Assembly: GCA_964609495.1 (NCBI GenBank)
Contig: CAZSTA010000006.1
Coordinates: 1-41,095, forward strand
Reading direction: 5' to 3'
From: an uncultured bacterium
GTDB taxonomy: Bacteria; CAZSTA01
Length of the DNA stretch: 41,095 nt
The notes below the pieces were generated by a model that saw only the letters and a list, made by a program, of their open reading frames with translations, did not search any database and was not told the origin of the DNA. Positions 18,296 to 27,581 of this stretch are shown here, piece after piece. Position 1 is the stretch's first letter. Each line of letters starts with the position of its first letter. Position numbers and translations under genes: made by a program.

Positions 18296-18571
18296 ATGGT
18301 TAAATTATTAACCTTGATTAGTGAAATTGAAGAGGATGGAAAGGTCCGTCTTCCTAAAGAAGTAATGGAACAATTACATCTTAAAGCAGGAATGAGAGTA
18401 AAACTTTCTATTGAATATATGGAATCTGAAGAAAGAGAGAAGTGGGCGTTTTCTGAGTTATCTATCTGTGGTATGTGGGCGGATAGAGAGGATATGAAAG
18501 ATAGTGCGGAGTGGGTAAAAGCTCTTCGCAGTCAGGAGGAAAAGCGGCTTAAGGAGATGGGACTTGGGTAG
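18296..18571 (+). CDS. AbrB/MazE-type antitoxin (VapB-like)
   Basis: EIEEDGKVRLPKEVMEQLHLKAGMRV swapped-hairpin motif; C-terminal GMWADREDM; overlaps the PIN gene. Confidence 0.8.
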   Translation: MVKLLTLISEIEEDGKVRLPKEVMEQLHLKAGMRVKLSIEYMESEEREKWAFSELSICGMWADREDMKDSAEWVKALRSQEEKRLKEMGLG

Positions 18572-18959
18572 ATACCTATTAGACACAACGATTTTGGTAG
18601 ATTATTTTAGAGGGAAAGCAGAAGCTATACAATTTCTCGATGATCTTCATCAGAGAAATGATACTCTCTATGTATCTACTATAGTGCGAAGCGAGTTATA
18701 TTATGGTTGTCGTAATCTTAGGGAAAAAGGGGAATTGAATGCTTTTTTTCGAGGAGATTATATAAGTTCAGTGCCTCTCTCTCTAGAGATTATGGGTAAG
18801 ATGAGCGAACTTCGTCTTTGCTATGGCAAAGGGTATGAATGCGGATTAGTAGATATGTTAATTGCTGCAACAGCTATACTTAAATCGGCCACTCTTCTCA
18901 CCTTAAATATAAGACATTTTAGGATGATACAAGATCTTTCTTATAAAAAGCCATACTGA
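18564..18959 (+). CDS. vapC: VapC family PIN-domain toxin
   Basis: YLLDTTILVD, SELYYG, VDMLIAATA, TLNIRHF. Confidence 0.92.
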   Translation: MGRYLLDTTILVDYFRGKAEAIQFLDDLHQRNDTLYVSTIVRSELYYGCRNLREKGELNAFFRGDYISSVPLSLEIMGKMSELRLCYGKGYECGLVDMLIAATAILKSATLLTLNIRHFRMIQDLSYKKPY

Positions 18960-19027
18960 TTGTTTATCTCGCAATCATCAACTTGATGGATGAGGAGTCA
19001 TCAATATTTTCCTGCTGTATTCGGCTC

Positions 19028-19117
19028 TTGACTCTCCCATAGAGCTATGATATAATTAAAGCACAATCTGGTAACTTGGGTGTGTAACTTTTATCAAGGT
19101 TACACCCTTGTTTTTTT
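19028..19117 (+). promoter_or_regulatory. Sigma70 promoter plus leader hairpin/U-tract of the nucleoside ABC operon
   Basis: TTGACT-17 nt-TATAAT (19028-19056), then GGGTGTGTAAC..GTTACACCC followed by TTGTTTTTTT. Confidence 0.6.
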
Positions 19118-19171
19118 CTAAACCCGATCGAGTAGGAGAGTGATCGATCTCTGACCGATTTCAGTGTTCAG

Positions 19172-20665
19172 ATGAAGCAGATAACAAAGCGCTTTCCAGG
19201 TGGAGTTGTAGCTAACTGCAAAGTTGATCTGGATGTTAGAAAGGGGGAGATACACGCCCTCCTAGGAGAGAATGGAGCTGGTAAGACCACGCTGATGAAC
19301 ATCCTCTGTGGACTTTATCATCCTGATGAGGGAGAGATATATATAAATGAAGAGAGAGTAATCCTTAATTCTCCCCGCGATGCTCTAGATCACGGGATTG
19401 GGATGGTTCATCAGCATTTTAAATTGGTATCGAATTTCACCGTAGCTGAGAATATCTCTCTAGGCCTTAGATATCCTCGCTTCCTTTTGAATATCGAAGG
19501 GATAGAGAACGAGACGAGGAAACTATCGAAGAGATACGGATTAGAGGTGGACCCAAAAACGATGATCTGGCAGTTGCCCGTTGGAGAGCAACAGCGAGTA
19601 GAGATCATCAAGACGCTCTATCAAGGAGCTGAGATCATAATTCTAGATGAACCAACCGCAGTTTTAACTCCTGCGGAAGCGGAGAGGTTGTTCTCGACTT
19701 TGAGGGAGATGACGACGGAGGGCAACTCCATTATCTTCATCAGCCATAAGTTAAATGAGGTTATGGCTATCTCCGATCGGATAACTGTGCTTAGAGGAGG
19801 AAGGGTAGTAGCAACAGTCGATAAGGAAGGGACTGATGAGCGCGAGCTAGCCAAGATGATGGTGGGAAGAGAAGTCTTTCTGCAAGCGACAAGGAAGAAG
19901 ATCGAGGAAGGCGAGATTGTTCTAGAGGTGGATGATCTATGCGCTCTTAATGATAGAGGATTACCAGCTCTTAATAACATCTCGTTCTCGATAAGGAGAG
20001 GCGAGATACTTGGAGTAGTAGGCATAGCTGGAAATGGGCAGAGGGAATTAGCGGATGTCATCGCTGGATTGAGGCGAGCTACCTCTGGGAGAATACTGAT
20101 CTCTGGTAAAGATATGACAAATTGTCCTCCTCGGCAAATCATAGATGAGAAGGTGGGTTATGTCCCTGAGGATCGCTTAGGAACTGGCTTGATCTCGAAT
20201 CTCTCGATAAGCGATAATTTGATCTTGAAGGATTACCGAAGATATCCTCTGTCAAAAGGACCTTTCCTAGATCGCTCTGCCATCAGTCGCTTCGTTAAGA
20301 GATTAATAGAGATATTCAAGATCACTACTCCGAGTGAGGAAAGTCCAGTTAAAATTCTCTCGGGAGGCAATCTCCAACGAGTTCTCTTCGCTCGCGAGGT
20401 CAATTCCGATTGCGATCTCATAATAGCCTCCTATCCAGCTAGAGGATTAGATGTAGCGGCTATGGAATCTGTGAGGAAGACCTTATTTCTGCAACGGGCG
20501 GAGGGATCGGCTATACTTTTAATATCGGAAGATCTTGAGGAGACAATATCTATAAGCGATCGAGTCGCAGTTATATATGGGGGAAAGCTCGTGAAGATCA
20601 TCCCCACCGAAGAGGCCAAATTAGAGGATATTGGGCTGATGATGGCGGGAGGATATGTGAACTGA
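19172..20665 (+). CDS. Nucleoside/sugar ABC transporter ATP-binding protein (duplicated domain)
   Basis: GENGAGKTT, LDEPT, FISHKL, LSGGNLQR. Possible CTG start at 19151. Confidence 0.96.
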   Translation: MKQITKRFPGGVVANCKVDLDVRKGEIHALLGENGAGKTTLMNILCGLYHPDEGEIYINEERVILNSPRDALDHGIGMVHQHFKLVSNFTVAENISLGLRYPRFLLNIEGIENETRKLSKRYGLEVDPKTMIWQLPVGEQQRVEIIKTLYQGAEIIILDEPTAVLTPAEAERLFSTLREMTTEGNSIIFISHKLNEVMAISDRITVLRGGRVVATVDKEGTDERELAKMMVGREVFLQATRKKIEEGEIVLEVDDLCALNDRGLPALNNISFSIRRGEILGVVGIAGNGQRELADVIAGLRRATSGRILISGKDMTNCPPRQIIDEKVGYVPEDRLGTGLISNLSISDNLILKDYRRYPLSKGPFLDRSAISRFVKRLIEIFKITTPSEESPVKILSGGNLQRVLFAREVNSDCDLIIASYPARGLDVAAMESVRKTLFLQRAEGSAILLISEDLEETISISDRVAVIYGGKLVKIIPTEEAKLEDIGLMMAGGYVN

Positions 20666-21726
20666 TGAAGTTTAAGGTGAGATTCGAGAGGACTCTAATA
20701 CCTACACCTTTAGCGATTTGGCTAATGCCTATACTTTCGATAATCTCAGCTTTTATCTGTGGAGCGATCCTTCTAGCCGCGGTGGGAGCCGATCCCCTCA
20801 AGACCTACAAAGCTATGTTATTGGGAGCTTTTGGAACTAAGTATAACCTTTCAGAGACTATAGTTAAGACCATCCCTCTTCTACTCTGTGGATTAGCGGT
20901 ATCTATCGCCTTCAAGATGCGACTTTGGAATATCGGGGCAGAGGGACAATTGATGATGGGAGCTTTCGCCGCTAGTGGAGTTGCCCTATTCCTATCAAAC
21001 CAGCTTCCAGGTATAACTATTCCGATGATGATACTCTCAGGCTTTATCGCGGGGGCTTTATGGGCGGCGATTCCTGCCCTGCTCAAGAGCTTCTTCAAGG
21101 TAAACGAGATCATCACTACCCTTATGGCAAACTATATCGCCATACTCTGGATCAGATATCTCTTCTATGGACCCTGGAGAGATCCCAAAGGATTCGGTTT
21201 CCCCGGCACGGCGATCTTTCCCAAATCTGCTTGGCTGCCCCGTTTACCCGGAACGCGTATTCACCTAGGGTTGCTCTTCGGATTGGTGATCGCTATGTTG
21301 CTCTACCTGGTCTTTAAGCGGATGAAGTGGGGATATGAGATCAAGGTTATCGGAGAGAGCGCAAAAGCAGCTCGTTACGCAGGTATGGATATAGGGCGAA
21401 ATATAATATTGGTGATGCTTCTGAGCGGAGGCATAGCGGGTTTAGCGGGGATGTCCGAGGTTGCTGGGATATATCATCGCCTTCAGCAAGGGATAAATGT
21501 GGGATATGGATATACTGCGATCATCATAGCTTGGCTAGCTAGGTTGAATCCTCGGAGTATAATTCTGGTTTCCTTCTTGATGGCTGGATTGTTCGTGGGA
21601 GGGGATCAGATCCAGATCGCGATGAAATTGTCATCTTCCATTGCCCCTATCCTTCAGGGGACGATACTATTTTTCGTGTTGGCTGGTGAGCTTTTGACTT
21701 GTTATAGGATTCGTTTGGAGAGATAG
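20665..21726 (+). CDS. Nucleoside ABC transporter permease
   Basis: WNIGAEGQ, VNEIITTLM.NY, AARYAGM. Confidence 0.94.
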   Translation: MKFKVRFERTLIPTPLAIWLMPILSIISAFICGAILLAAVGADPLKTYKAMLLGAFGTKYNLSETIVKTIPLLLCGLAVSIAFKMRLWNIGAEGQLMMGAFAASGVALFLSNQLPGITIPMMILSGFIAGALWAAIPALLKSFFKVNEIITTLMANYIAILWIRYLFYGPWRDPKGFGFPGTAIFPKSAWLPRLPGTRIHLGLLFGLVIAMLLYLVFKRMKWGYEIKVIGESAKAARYAGMDIGRNIILVMLLSGGIAGLAGMSEVAGIYHRLQQGINVGYGYTAIIIAWLARLNPRSIILVSFLMAGLFVGGDQIQIAMKLSSSIAPILQGTILFFVLAGELLTCYRIRLER

Positions 21727-21727
21727 A

Positions 21728-22657
21728 ATGGATATCGGAGAGCTATTGATATGCGTATTAGCTACTACCATCAGAGCTGGAGTAGCCATCTTCTACGCCA
21801 CTTTGGGGGAGATATTCACCGAGCGATCAGGGATATTGAATCTTGGCGTAGAGGGAATGATGTTGATGGGAGCTATGAGCGGCTTCGCGATCACCTATCA
21901 GACCGATAACCTTTGGTTAGGGGTTCTTGCCTCTCTAGGAGTAGGAGGACTTATAGCTTCGATCCACGCCTTCCTAACTGTTACTCTGCGTTCCAATCAG
22001 GTTATAAGCGGTCTAGCGCTTACGATATTTGGAGGAGGATTGGCTAGTTTTCTGGGCAAACCTCTGGTGGGAAAGATCGGGCCCAGCTTCAAAGTAGTAT
22101 CGGTCCCCCTTCTCTCCAAGATTCCCTTGTTAGGAAAGGTCTTCTTCGAACAGAATGCCCTTGTCTATCTAGCCTACCTATTAATTCCAATCGCGTGGTT
22201 CGTCATATACAGAACGAAACAAGGGTTACACCTAAGAGCAGTAGGAGAAAATCCAAGTACTGCTGATGCGATGGGGATCAACGTCTTTGGGACTCGGTAT
22301 TTCTATACGATCTTAGGGGGGATGCTAGCGGGGTTAGGAGGAGCTTATCTATCGTTAGCTTATACTCCTGGTTGGAAGGAGAATATCACCTCGGGAAGAG
22401 GGTGGATCGCGATCGCCTTAGTCATCTTTGCTGGGTGGAATCCATTTCGGGCGGTCATTGGCACAATTCTATTCGGAGGCATAAACGCGATACAATTTCG
22501 GATGCAAGCGGTAGGAACTTCCATCTCTGTCTATTTCCTGCAGATGTTGCCCTATATGGTAACTATCATCACGCTAACCTGGTGGAAGATAGTTAGCAGA
22601 AGTCTTGGTCCCCCAGCGGCTCTGGGAACATCCTATAGTCGTGAGGAGAAGGGATAA
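21728..22657 (+). CDS. Nucleoside ABC transporter permease
   Basis: ERSGILNLGVEGMM, LRAVGENP, GRGWIAIALV, MLPY. Confidence 0.94.
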   Translation: MDIGELLICVLATTIRAGVAIFYATLGEIFTERSGILNLGVEGMMLMGAMSGFAITYQTDNLWLGVLASLGVGGLIASIHAFLTVTLRSNQVISGLALTIFGGGLASFLGKPLVGKIGPSFKVVSVPLLSKIPLLGKVFFEQNALVYLAYLLIPIAWFVIYRTKQGLHLRAVGENPSTADAMGINVFGTRYFYTILGGMLAGLGGAYLSLAYTPGWKENITSGRGWIAIALVIFAGWNPFRAVIGTILFGGINAIQFRMQAVGTSISVYFLQMLPYMVTIITLTWWKIVSRSLGPPAALGTSYSREEKG

Positions 22658-22702
22658 CAATAGAAATTCAAATCTTAATCTATCTAAAAAGGAGGAGAAA
22701 CA

Positions 22703-23791
22703 ATGAGAGGAAAGAAGTTGGTATCGTTCTTCATCGTATTAGCTCTGCTCTTAATCGTTACCCAGGGGAGAGCTAACGTCGCCTTTATGGAGGAGGGCAA
22801 ACTCAAGGTAGCTTTTATCTACGTTGGTCCAATCGGTGATCTAGGTTGGTCTTGGGCTCACGATCAAGGAAGGCAGAAGCTGGAAGCAACGTTGGATTAT
22901 GTGGAGACCACCTATATTGAAAGTGTAGCTGAAGCGGATGCTGAGAGGGTAATGAGGGATTTCGTCAATAAGGGGTATAATATAATCTTCGCCACTAGCT
23001 TTGGATATATGGATGCGGTCATCACTGTTGCTAGTGAATATCCGAAGGTGATATTCGAGCATTGTTCAGGATATAAAACCGCGGAGAATGCGGCAACCTA
23101 CTTCGGAAGGATCTATCAAGCACGTTACCTGTCAGGCTTGGTGGCGGGCAAGATGACGAAGGCGAATAAGATCGGATATGTCGCTGCCTATCCTATCCCC
23201 GAGGTGATCAGAGGGATAAACGCCTTCACCTTAGGAGTGAGGGAGGTCAATCCCGAGGCTGAGGTCCACGTAGTATGGACGAATACTTGGTATGATCCTG
23301 TGCTGGAGAAGGAGGCTGCCGAAGGTCTATTAGATATCGGAGTAGATGTCCTCGCCCAGCACCAAGACACCGCTGAACCTCAGAAGGCAGCGTCTGAACG
23401 AGGAGTATATGGAATCGGATATGACTCCGATATGAGCGCTTACGCCCCTAATACAGTTCTTACTAGCGCTATTTGGGATTGGGGAATCTACTATATAAAC
23501 ACGGTTAAAGCGGTCAAAGAGGGAGCTTGGAAGACCCATGAGTATTGGGGAGGTATGGAAGACGGCATAGTGAAGTTAGCTCCCTATGGACCAATGGTTC
23601 CTGATGAAGTCAAGGAACTAGTCAAAGAGAAGGAGAAAATGATAGTTGAGGGAACTTGGGATGTCTTCACCGGTCCGATCAAAGATCAGAGTGGCAACAT
23701 CGTTATCCCCGAGGGGGAAAAGGCTACCGATGAGGAGATGCTCTCTGTGATGTTCTTCGTAGAGGGGGTGGTAGGAAATATCCCCAAGTAA
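22703..23791 (+). CDS. BMP family ABC substrate-binding protein (purine nucleoside type)
   Basis: KVAFIYVGPIGDLGW...HDQGR, ATSFGY, RIYQARYLSG, INAF.LG, WYDP. Confidence 0.94.
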   Translation: MRGKKLVSFFIVLALLLIVTQGRANVAFMEEGKLKVAFIYVGPIGDLGWSWAHDQGRQKLEATLDYVETTYIESVAEADAERVMRDFVNKGYNIIFATSFGYMDAVITVASEYPKVIFEHCSGYKTAENAATYFGRIYQARYLSGLVAGKMTKANKIGYVAAYPIPEVIRGINAFTLGVREVNPEAEVHVVWTNTWYDPVLEKEAAEGLLDIGVDVLAQHQDTAEPQKAASERGVYGIGYDSDMSAYAPNTVLTSAIWDWGIYYINTVKAVKEGAWKTHEYWGGMEDGIVKLAPYGPMVPDEVKELVKEKEKMIVEGTWDVFTGPIKDQSGNIVIPEGEKATDEEMLSVMFFVEGVVGNIPK

Positions 23792-23815
23792 GTTATCTCT
23801 CGATCTATTAGATAT

Positions 23816-23843
23816 GCTGTCAGGTTCTTTGCAACCTGACAGC
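23816..23843 (+). terminator. Stem-loop after the BMP gene
   Basis: GCTGTCAGGTT-CTTTGC-AACCTGACAGC, perfect 11-bp stem. Confidence 0.7.
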
Positions 23844-23885
23844 TATATAACCGATTCTTATCTATAATAGAAGGGAAAAAAGAAA

Positions 23886-25238
23886 ATGAAAGTATTATTT
23901 ATCGCCCTTGATACCTTGAGAGCGGATCACCTAAGTTGTTATGGATATTCTAAACCAACCAGCCCGATCATAGACAGTTGTGCAAAGAGAGGAGTCCTCT
24001 TCTCCAACTTCATAGCCCCTCATATCCCCACTCAACCGGCCTATACTACGATCTATACCGGTCGAAGCGCTTTAAGTCATAGGATTGTAGCTCATGGACA
24101 TGAAGAACTGGCATGGTCCTTATCAGATGATATGCCAGTCCTGCCTGAGATTCTAAGGGAGAATGGATATATAACCGCGGCCGTAGATAACTTGTATAAT
24201 CATAAGAAGTGGTTCACTAGGGGATATGATTACTACATCAATCCTCACAGTTGGCAATTGATAACTGGCGACGAGATAAACGCTAAAGCTATCCCTTGGA
24301 TAAAGCAGAATTATGAGGAGAACTTCTTCCTTTTCCTTCACTACTGGGATCCCCACACCCCTTATCTTCCTCCAGAGAAATATCGAACCTTGCACTATAA
24401 AGGCGATAAGAATGATCCTGATAATCATAGTATGGACCCTGTTAAGAGACGATTGGTTTATCCTTTCTTCAAAAAATGGCATTATGACTTGTTAGGCGAA
24501 TTTACCGATATAGAATATATAGTAGCTCAATATGATGGCGAGATCACCTATGCAGACGAAAAAGTTGGAGAATTGCTCGATACCTTGGATGAGGTTGGTA
24601 TATTTGATGATACCCTCATCATTATCACCGCCGATCATGGCGAGAGCTTGACTGAGCATAATATATACTTCGATCATCCGGGATTACATGAGGCTAATAC
24701 GAATGTTCCTCTGATTCTAATATACCCCAAGAGTTTCCCTCAGGGGAAGAAGATTGAGGCTATGGCGCAACATATCGATCTAGCCCCTACTATCTTGGAA
24801 TTCTTGAATATCCCAATCGCCAAAGGTATGGAGGGAAAAAGCTTGTTACCCCTGATACGAGGCGAAGAGGAGAGTATATACCCGGAGATACATACCAGCG
24901 AATGTACTTGGTTGGCGGGGAGAGGTATTAGGACCGAGGAGTGGAAGTTCATCAAATCGATAGATCATGAATTATATCCCAATCGGCCGGAGAGGGAGCT
25001 ATACAATCTCAAGGACGATCCCGAAGAAACCCACAATTTAGCGGAAGAGGAGAAAGAGCTAGTCGATGAGTTTGAGTTGAAGATCTATAGATATCTAGAT
25101 AGGAGATTAGGAAGTCGCCCTGATCCGATCAGGATGATCGCCTCAAAGGGAGTTCCAGCTAAGTTTTGGCTGGAGAGAGTATTGAGGGAGATGAATACCA
25201 CCTGGGATGAATGGGTGAAGAAGCAGAAATATGTATGA
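23886..25238 (+). CDS. Sulfatase-like hydrolase (alkaline phosphatase superfamily)
   Basis: DTLRADHLSCYGY, HYWDPHTPY, YDGEI, TADHGE, FDH, ELYNLKDDPEETHN. Confidence 0.9.
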   Translation: MKVLFIALDTLRADHLSCYGYSKPTSPIIDSCAKRGVLFSNFIAPHIPTQPAYTTIYTGRSALSHRIVAHGHEELAWSLSDDMPVLPEILRENGYITAAVDNLYNHKKWFTRGYDYYINPHSWQLITGDEINAKAIPWIKQNYEENFFLFLHYWDPHTPYLPPEKYRTLHYKGDKNDPDNHSMDPVKRRLVYPFFKKWHYDLLGEFTDIEYIVAQYDGEITYADEKVGELLDTLDEVGIFDDTLIIITADHGESLTEHNIYFDHPGLHEANTNVPLILIYPKSFPQGKKIEAMAQHIDLAPTILEFLNIPIAKGMEGKSLLPLIRGEEESIYPEIHTSECTWLAGRGIRTEEWKFIKSIDHELYPNRPERELYNLKDDPEETHNLAEEEKELVDEFELKIYRYLDRRLGSRPDPIRMIASKGVPAKFWLERVLREMNTTWDEWVKKQKYV

Positions 25239-25335
25239 GGATCGGATTAAGGCTCAAGTTGTGAGGAGAAAGGTCGCTCCGCGCAAGAGGAATACTTGTC
25301 AAGATAAATATTCTTACTTTTTATTGCAAATTTTC

Positions 25336-25364
25336 TTGACATTACTACATAATTGTGATAAAAT
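25336..25364 (+). promoter_or_regulatory. Sigma70 promoter of the small membrane protein array
   Basis: TTGACA-17 nt-TAAAAT. Confidence 0.65.
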
Positions 25365-25460
25365 TAGAATTGAGCAGTTGCGAGTTGAGTGAGTCTTTAT
25401 AAATTTCTGTATCGCCTAAAGGGAGTAATGCTCTAGCACTATTTTAAGGGGGTAGGGACT

Positions 25461-25631
25461 ATGCTCAAATGGGTTTTAATCATCATCAGCATTATAATGC
25501 TTGTGATGGGGATTTTGACTTTGATATCTGGTGTAGGCTGGGCTAGTGGAGCAGTTTGGTATGGGATAGTCCAGCTTATCATCGGTATCATCGGTGTACT
25601 TGTCGGGTTCGTAGGAAGAGCCGGTGGATAG
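25461..25631 (+). CDS. Small 2-TM membrane protein, array paralogue 1 (56 aa)
   Basis: MLKWVLIIISIIMLVMGILTLISGVGWASGAVWYGIVQLIIGIIGVLVGFVGRAGG*; G-rich RBS; homologous to the next two ORFs. Below the ORF-track length cut-off. Confidence 0.8.
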   Translation: MLKWVLIIISIIMLVMGILTLISGVGWASGAVWYGIVQLIIGIIGVLVGFVGRAGG

Positions 25632-25980
25632 ATTACGCCCAAACATAAGTTTCTTCATCTTCACCGAACTTTAGTCTTAGAGGAGGGAGGAATTATGCTT
25701 AAATGGGCTTTAATCATCATCAGTATTATAATGCTTCTGATGGGGATTTCAGCTCTGTTACCTGATATAGGCTGGGCTAGTGGATTTGTAAGCTGGGCTA
25801 GGAGAGCAGGTTGGTATGCAATATTCCAGCTTGTCATCGGTATCATCGGTATAGTTATCATCGGTATAGTTATCGGGTTCACAGGAAGAACCGGAAGCCA
25901 GTGAATAGATTATGCCCAAACGTGAAGTACTTCATCTCCACCGAATTTTAGTCTTAGAGGAGGTAAGAATTATGCTTAAA
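25628..25980 (+). repeat. Two copies of a ~70-nt intergenic spacer (25628-25703 and 25905-25980)
   Basis: ATAGATTAyGCCCAAAC...CTTCATCTyCACCGAAyTTTAGTCTTAGAGGAGG...GAATTATGCTTAAA in both. Confidence 0.85.
25695..25904 (+). CDS. Small 2-TM membrane protein, array paralogue 2 (69 aa)
   Basis: MLKWALIIISIIMLLMGISALL...WYAIFQLVIGIIGI..; GGAGG RBS. Confidence 0.8.
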   Translation: MLKWALIIISIIMLLMGISALLPDIGWASGFVSWARRAGWYAIFQLVIGIIGIVIIGIVIGFTGRTGSQ

Positions 25981-26286
25981 GGAGCTTTAATCATCATCAG
26001 CATTGTAGTGCTTGTAATGGGTGTCCTTGGTGCATTGCCTGGAATTAATATCGGGACAGAACCAATGTGGCACGCTATCGTCAAAATCATCATTGGGGCA
26101 GTGGGGATTATAATAGGTATTGGAACAATGGATAAGAAATATCCACTGCTGGTGATTGGCATCGTCATAGCTATAATGGGTGTCCTTGGTGTAATACCCG
26201 GAATTAATATCGGGACAGAACCAATGTGGCACGCTATTGTCAAAATCATCATTGGAGTAGTGGGGATTATAATAGCCTTCAGGTAA
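25972..26286 (+). CDS. Small 4-TM membrane protein with internal duplication, array paralogue 3 (104 aa)
   Basis: Start placed at ATG 25972 after GAGGAGG; PGINIGTEPMWHAIVKIIIG occurs twice. Confidence 0.8.
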   Translation: MLKGALIIISIVVLVMGVLGALPGINIGTEPMWHAIVKIIIGAVGIIIGIGTMDKKYPLLVIGIVIAIMGVLGVIPGINIGTEPMWHAIVKIIIGVVGIIIAFR

Positions 26287-26478
26287 AAAAAGTTATTTTC
26301 ACTTTAATTATCTCGAGTGGCGCATTAAAAATAGGAAGTTGTAATTTAGGATGCTCTACTCAGATGAAAACTTCTGTATGCCACTTGAGAAATTTTTTAT
26401 TAAGAACCCTTGCTATCGAACATTACAATGGATTCGTGTTCGAGAGAAGGGTTATTTTTTTCAAAGAAGGAGAGAGAA

Positions 26479-27462
26479 ATGCTGGGTTCCATAACGGATG
26501 TTAAAGGCATAAAGGTAGGACACAGCACTCATCAGGAGGCTCTAACTGGCTGCACAGTTATACTTTGCGAGGAGGGATCAGTCGCGGGAGTTGATGTCAG
26601 AGGTGGCGCTCCGGGAACGAGGGAGACCGATCTACTGCGTCCCCTACATCTAATCCAGGAAGTCCACGCAGTCGTTTTATCTGGAGGAAGTGCCTTTGGG
26701 CTTGAGGCCGCAGGAGGAGTTGTAAGATATTTAGAGGAGAGAGATATCGGATTCGATGTCGGGGTGACTAAAGTGCCTATAGTTCCTGCGGCGGTCCTCT
26801 TCGATTTATATGTGGGAGACCCTAAAATCAGGCCAGATAGCAAGATGGGATATCAAGCTTGTTTGAACGCTACCTCCCTTGAAGTAAAAGAAGGAAATGT
26901 TGGAGCGGGAACCGGGGCAACTGTAGGTAAAGCTCTTCAGATGAGGGGAGCTATGAAAGGCGGTATCGGGACTGCTAGCGTTGAGCTTGCTAAGGGGATA
27001 ATAGTAGGAGCTATAGTTGCGGTAAACGCCTTCGGAGATGTGATCAATCCTAAAAGCGGAGAGATAATTGCCGGGACAAGGAATATCGAAGGAGAAGGAT
27101 TCCTTAACTCCGCCGATTATATAAAGAGAAATATCTCGGAAGAACAAGGCTTCTCTATGACTAACACGACTCTCGGCGTTGTAGCTACTAATGCTATGTT
27201 GGATAGGGAGGAGACCAATAAAGTCGCTCAGATGGCTCATAATGGATTAGCCAGAGCGATAAACCCAGTGCATACGATGTTCGATGGAGATACTATCTTT
27301 GCCCTAGCGACTTGGGAGAAGGAAGGAGAGATAAACGCAATAGGCACCGCCGCCGCTGAGGTTATCGCCGAGGCGATAGTAAGAGCGGTGAAGACTGCAG
27401 AGAGCATCGCGGGATTTCCAGCTTGGAAGGATATAGTTTCGAAACAGATCGAGGAGAAATAA
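26479..27462 (+). CDS. P1 family peptidase (DmpA/S58 aminopeptidase-like)
   Basis: SITDV.GIKVGH, GVDVRGGAPGTRET, GGSAFGL, GNVGAGTGA, NTTLGVVATNA, PVHTMFDGDTIF. Start ATG 26479 after AAGGAG. Confidence 0.93.
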   Translation: MLGSITDVKGIKVGHSTHQEALTGCTVILCEEGSVAGVDVRGGAPGTRETDLLRPLHLIQEVHAVVLSGGSAFGLEAAGGVVRYLEERDIGFDVGVTKVPIVPAAVLFDLYVGDPKIRPDSKMGYQACLNATSLEVKEGNVGAGTGATVGKALQMRGAMKGGIGTASVELAKGIIVGAIVAVNAFGDVINPKSGEIIAGTRNIEGEGFLNSADYIKRNISEEQGFSMTNTTLGVVATNAMLDREETNKVAQMAHNGLARAINPVHTMFDGDTIFALATWEKEGEINAIGTAAAEVIAEAIVRAVKTAESIAGFPAWKDIVSKQIEEK

Positions 27463-27552
27463 TAGCTTTCAAATCTAAAGATAGAAATTAAAATTTTCTG
27501 ACAAATCCTGACGCATATAGTCAGTATTTCCGAAAATTTTTATTAAAAACCC

Positions 27553-27581
27553 TTGCAATCGAACAAATGTTTGAGTATAAT
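27553..27581 (+). promoter_or_regulatory. Sigma70 promoter with a Gram-positive LexA (Cheo) box in the spacer
   Basis: TTGCAA-17 nt-TATAAT; 27560-27573 = CGAACAAATGTTTG, matching CGAAC-RNRY-GTTYG. Confidence 0.75.

Noticed and set aside
25370-25460. Possible riboswitch in the array leader (GAGCA...GGGAGTAATGCTC)
   Set aside because: Only weak pairing, and no complete match to a riboswitch consensus I can identify.
25628-25980. Repeated spacers as a CRISPR array
   Set aside because: Only two ~70-nt copies, separated by paralogous ORFs rather than unique spacers; no cas genes.
25439-26252. Minus-strand ORFs over the small-protein array, and the 20-codon N-terminal extension from 25912
   Set aside because: The minus ORFs are antisense shadows of the repeated hydrophobic genes. 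The extension is the translated spacer; the RBS and paralogy point to ATG 25972.
26410-26478. N-terminal extension of the P1 peptidase
   Set aside because: Falls in the palindromic non-coding repeat; the RBS supports ATG 26479.
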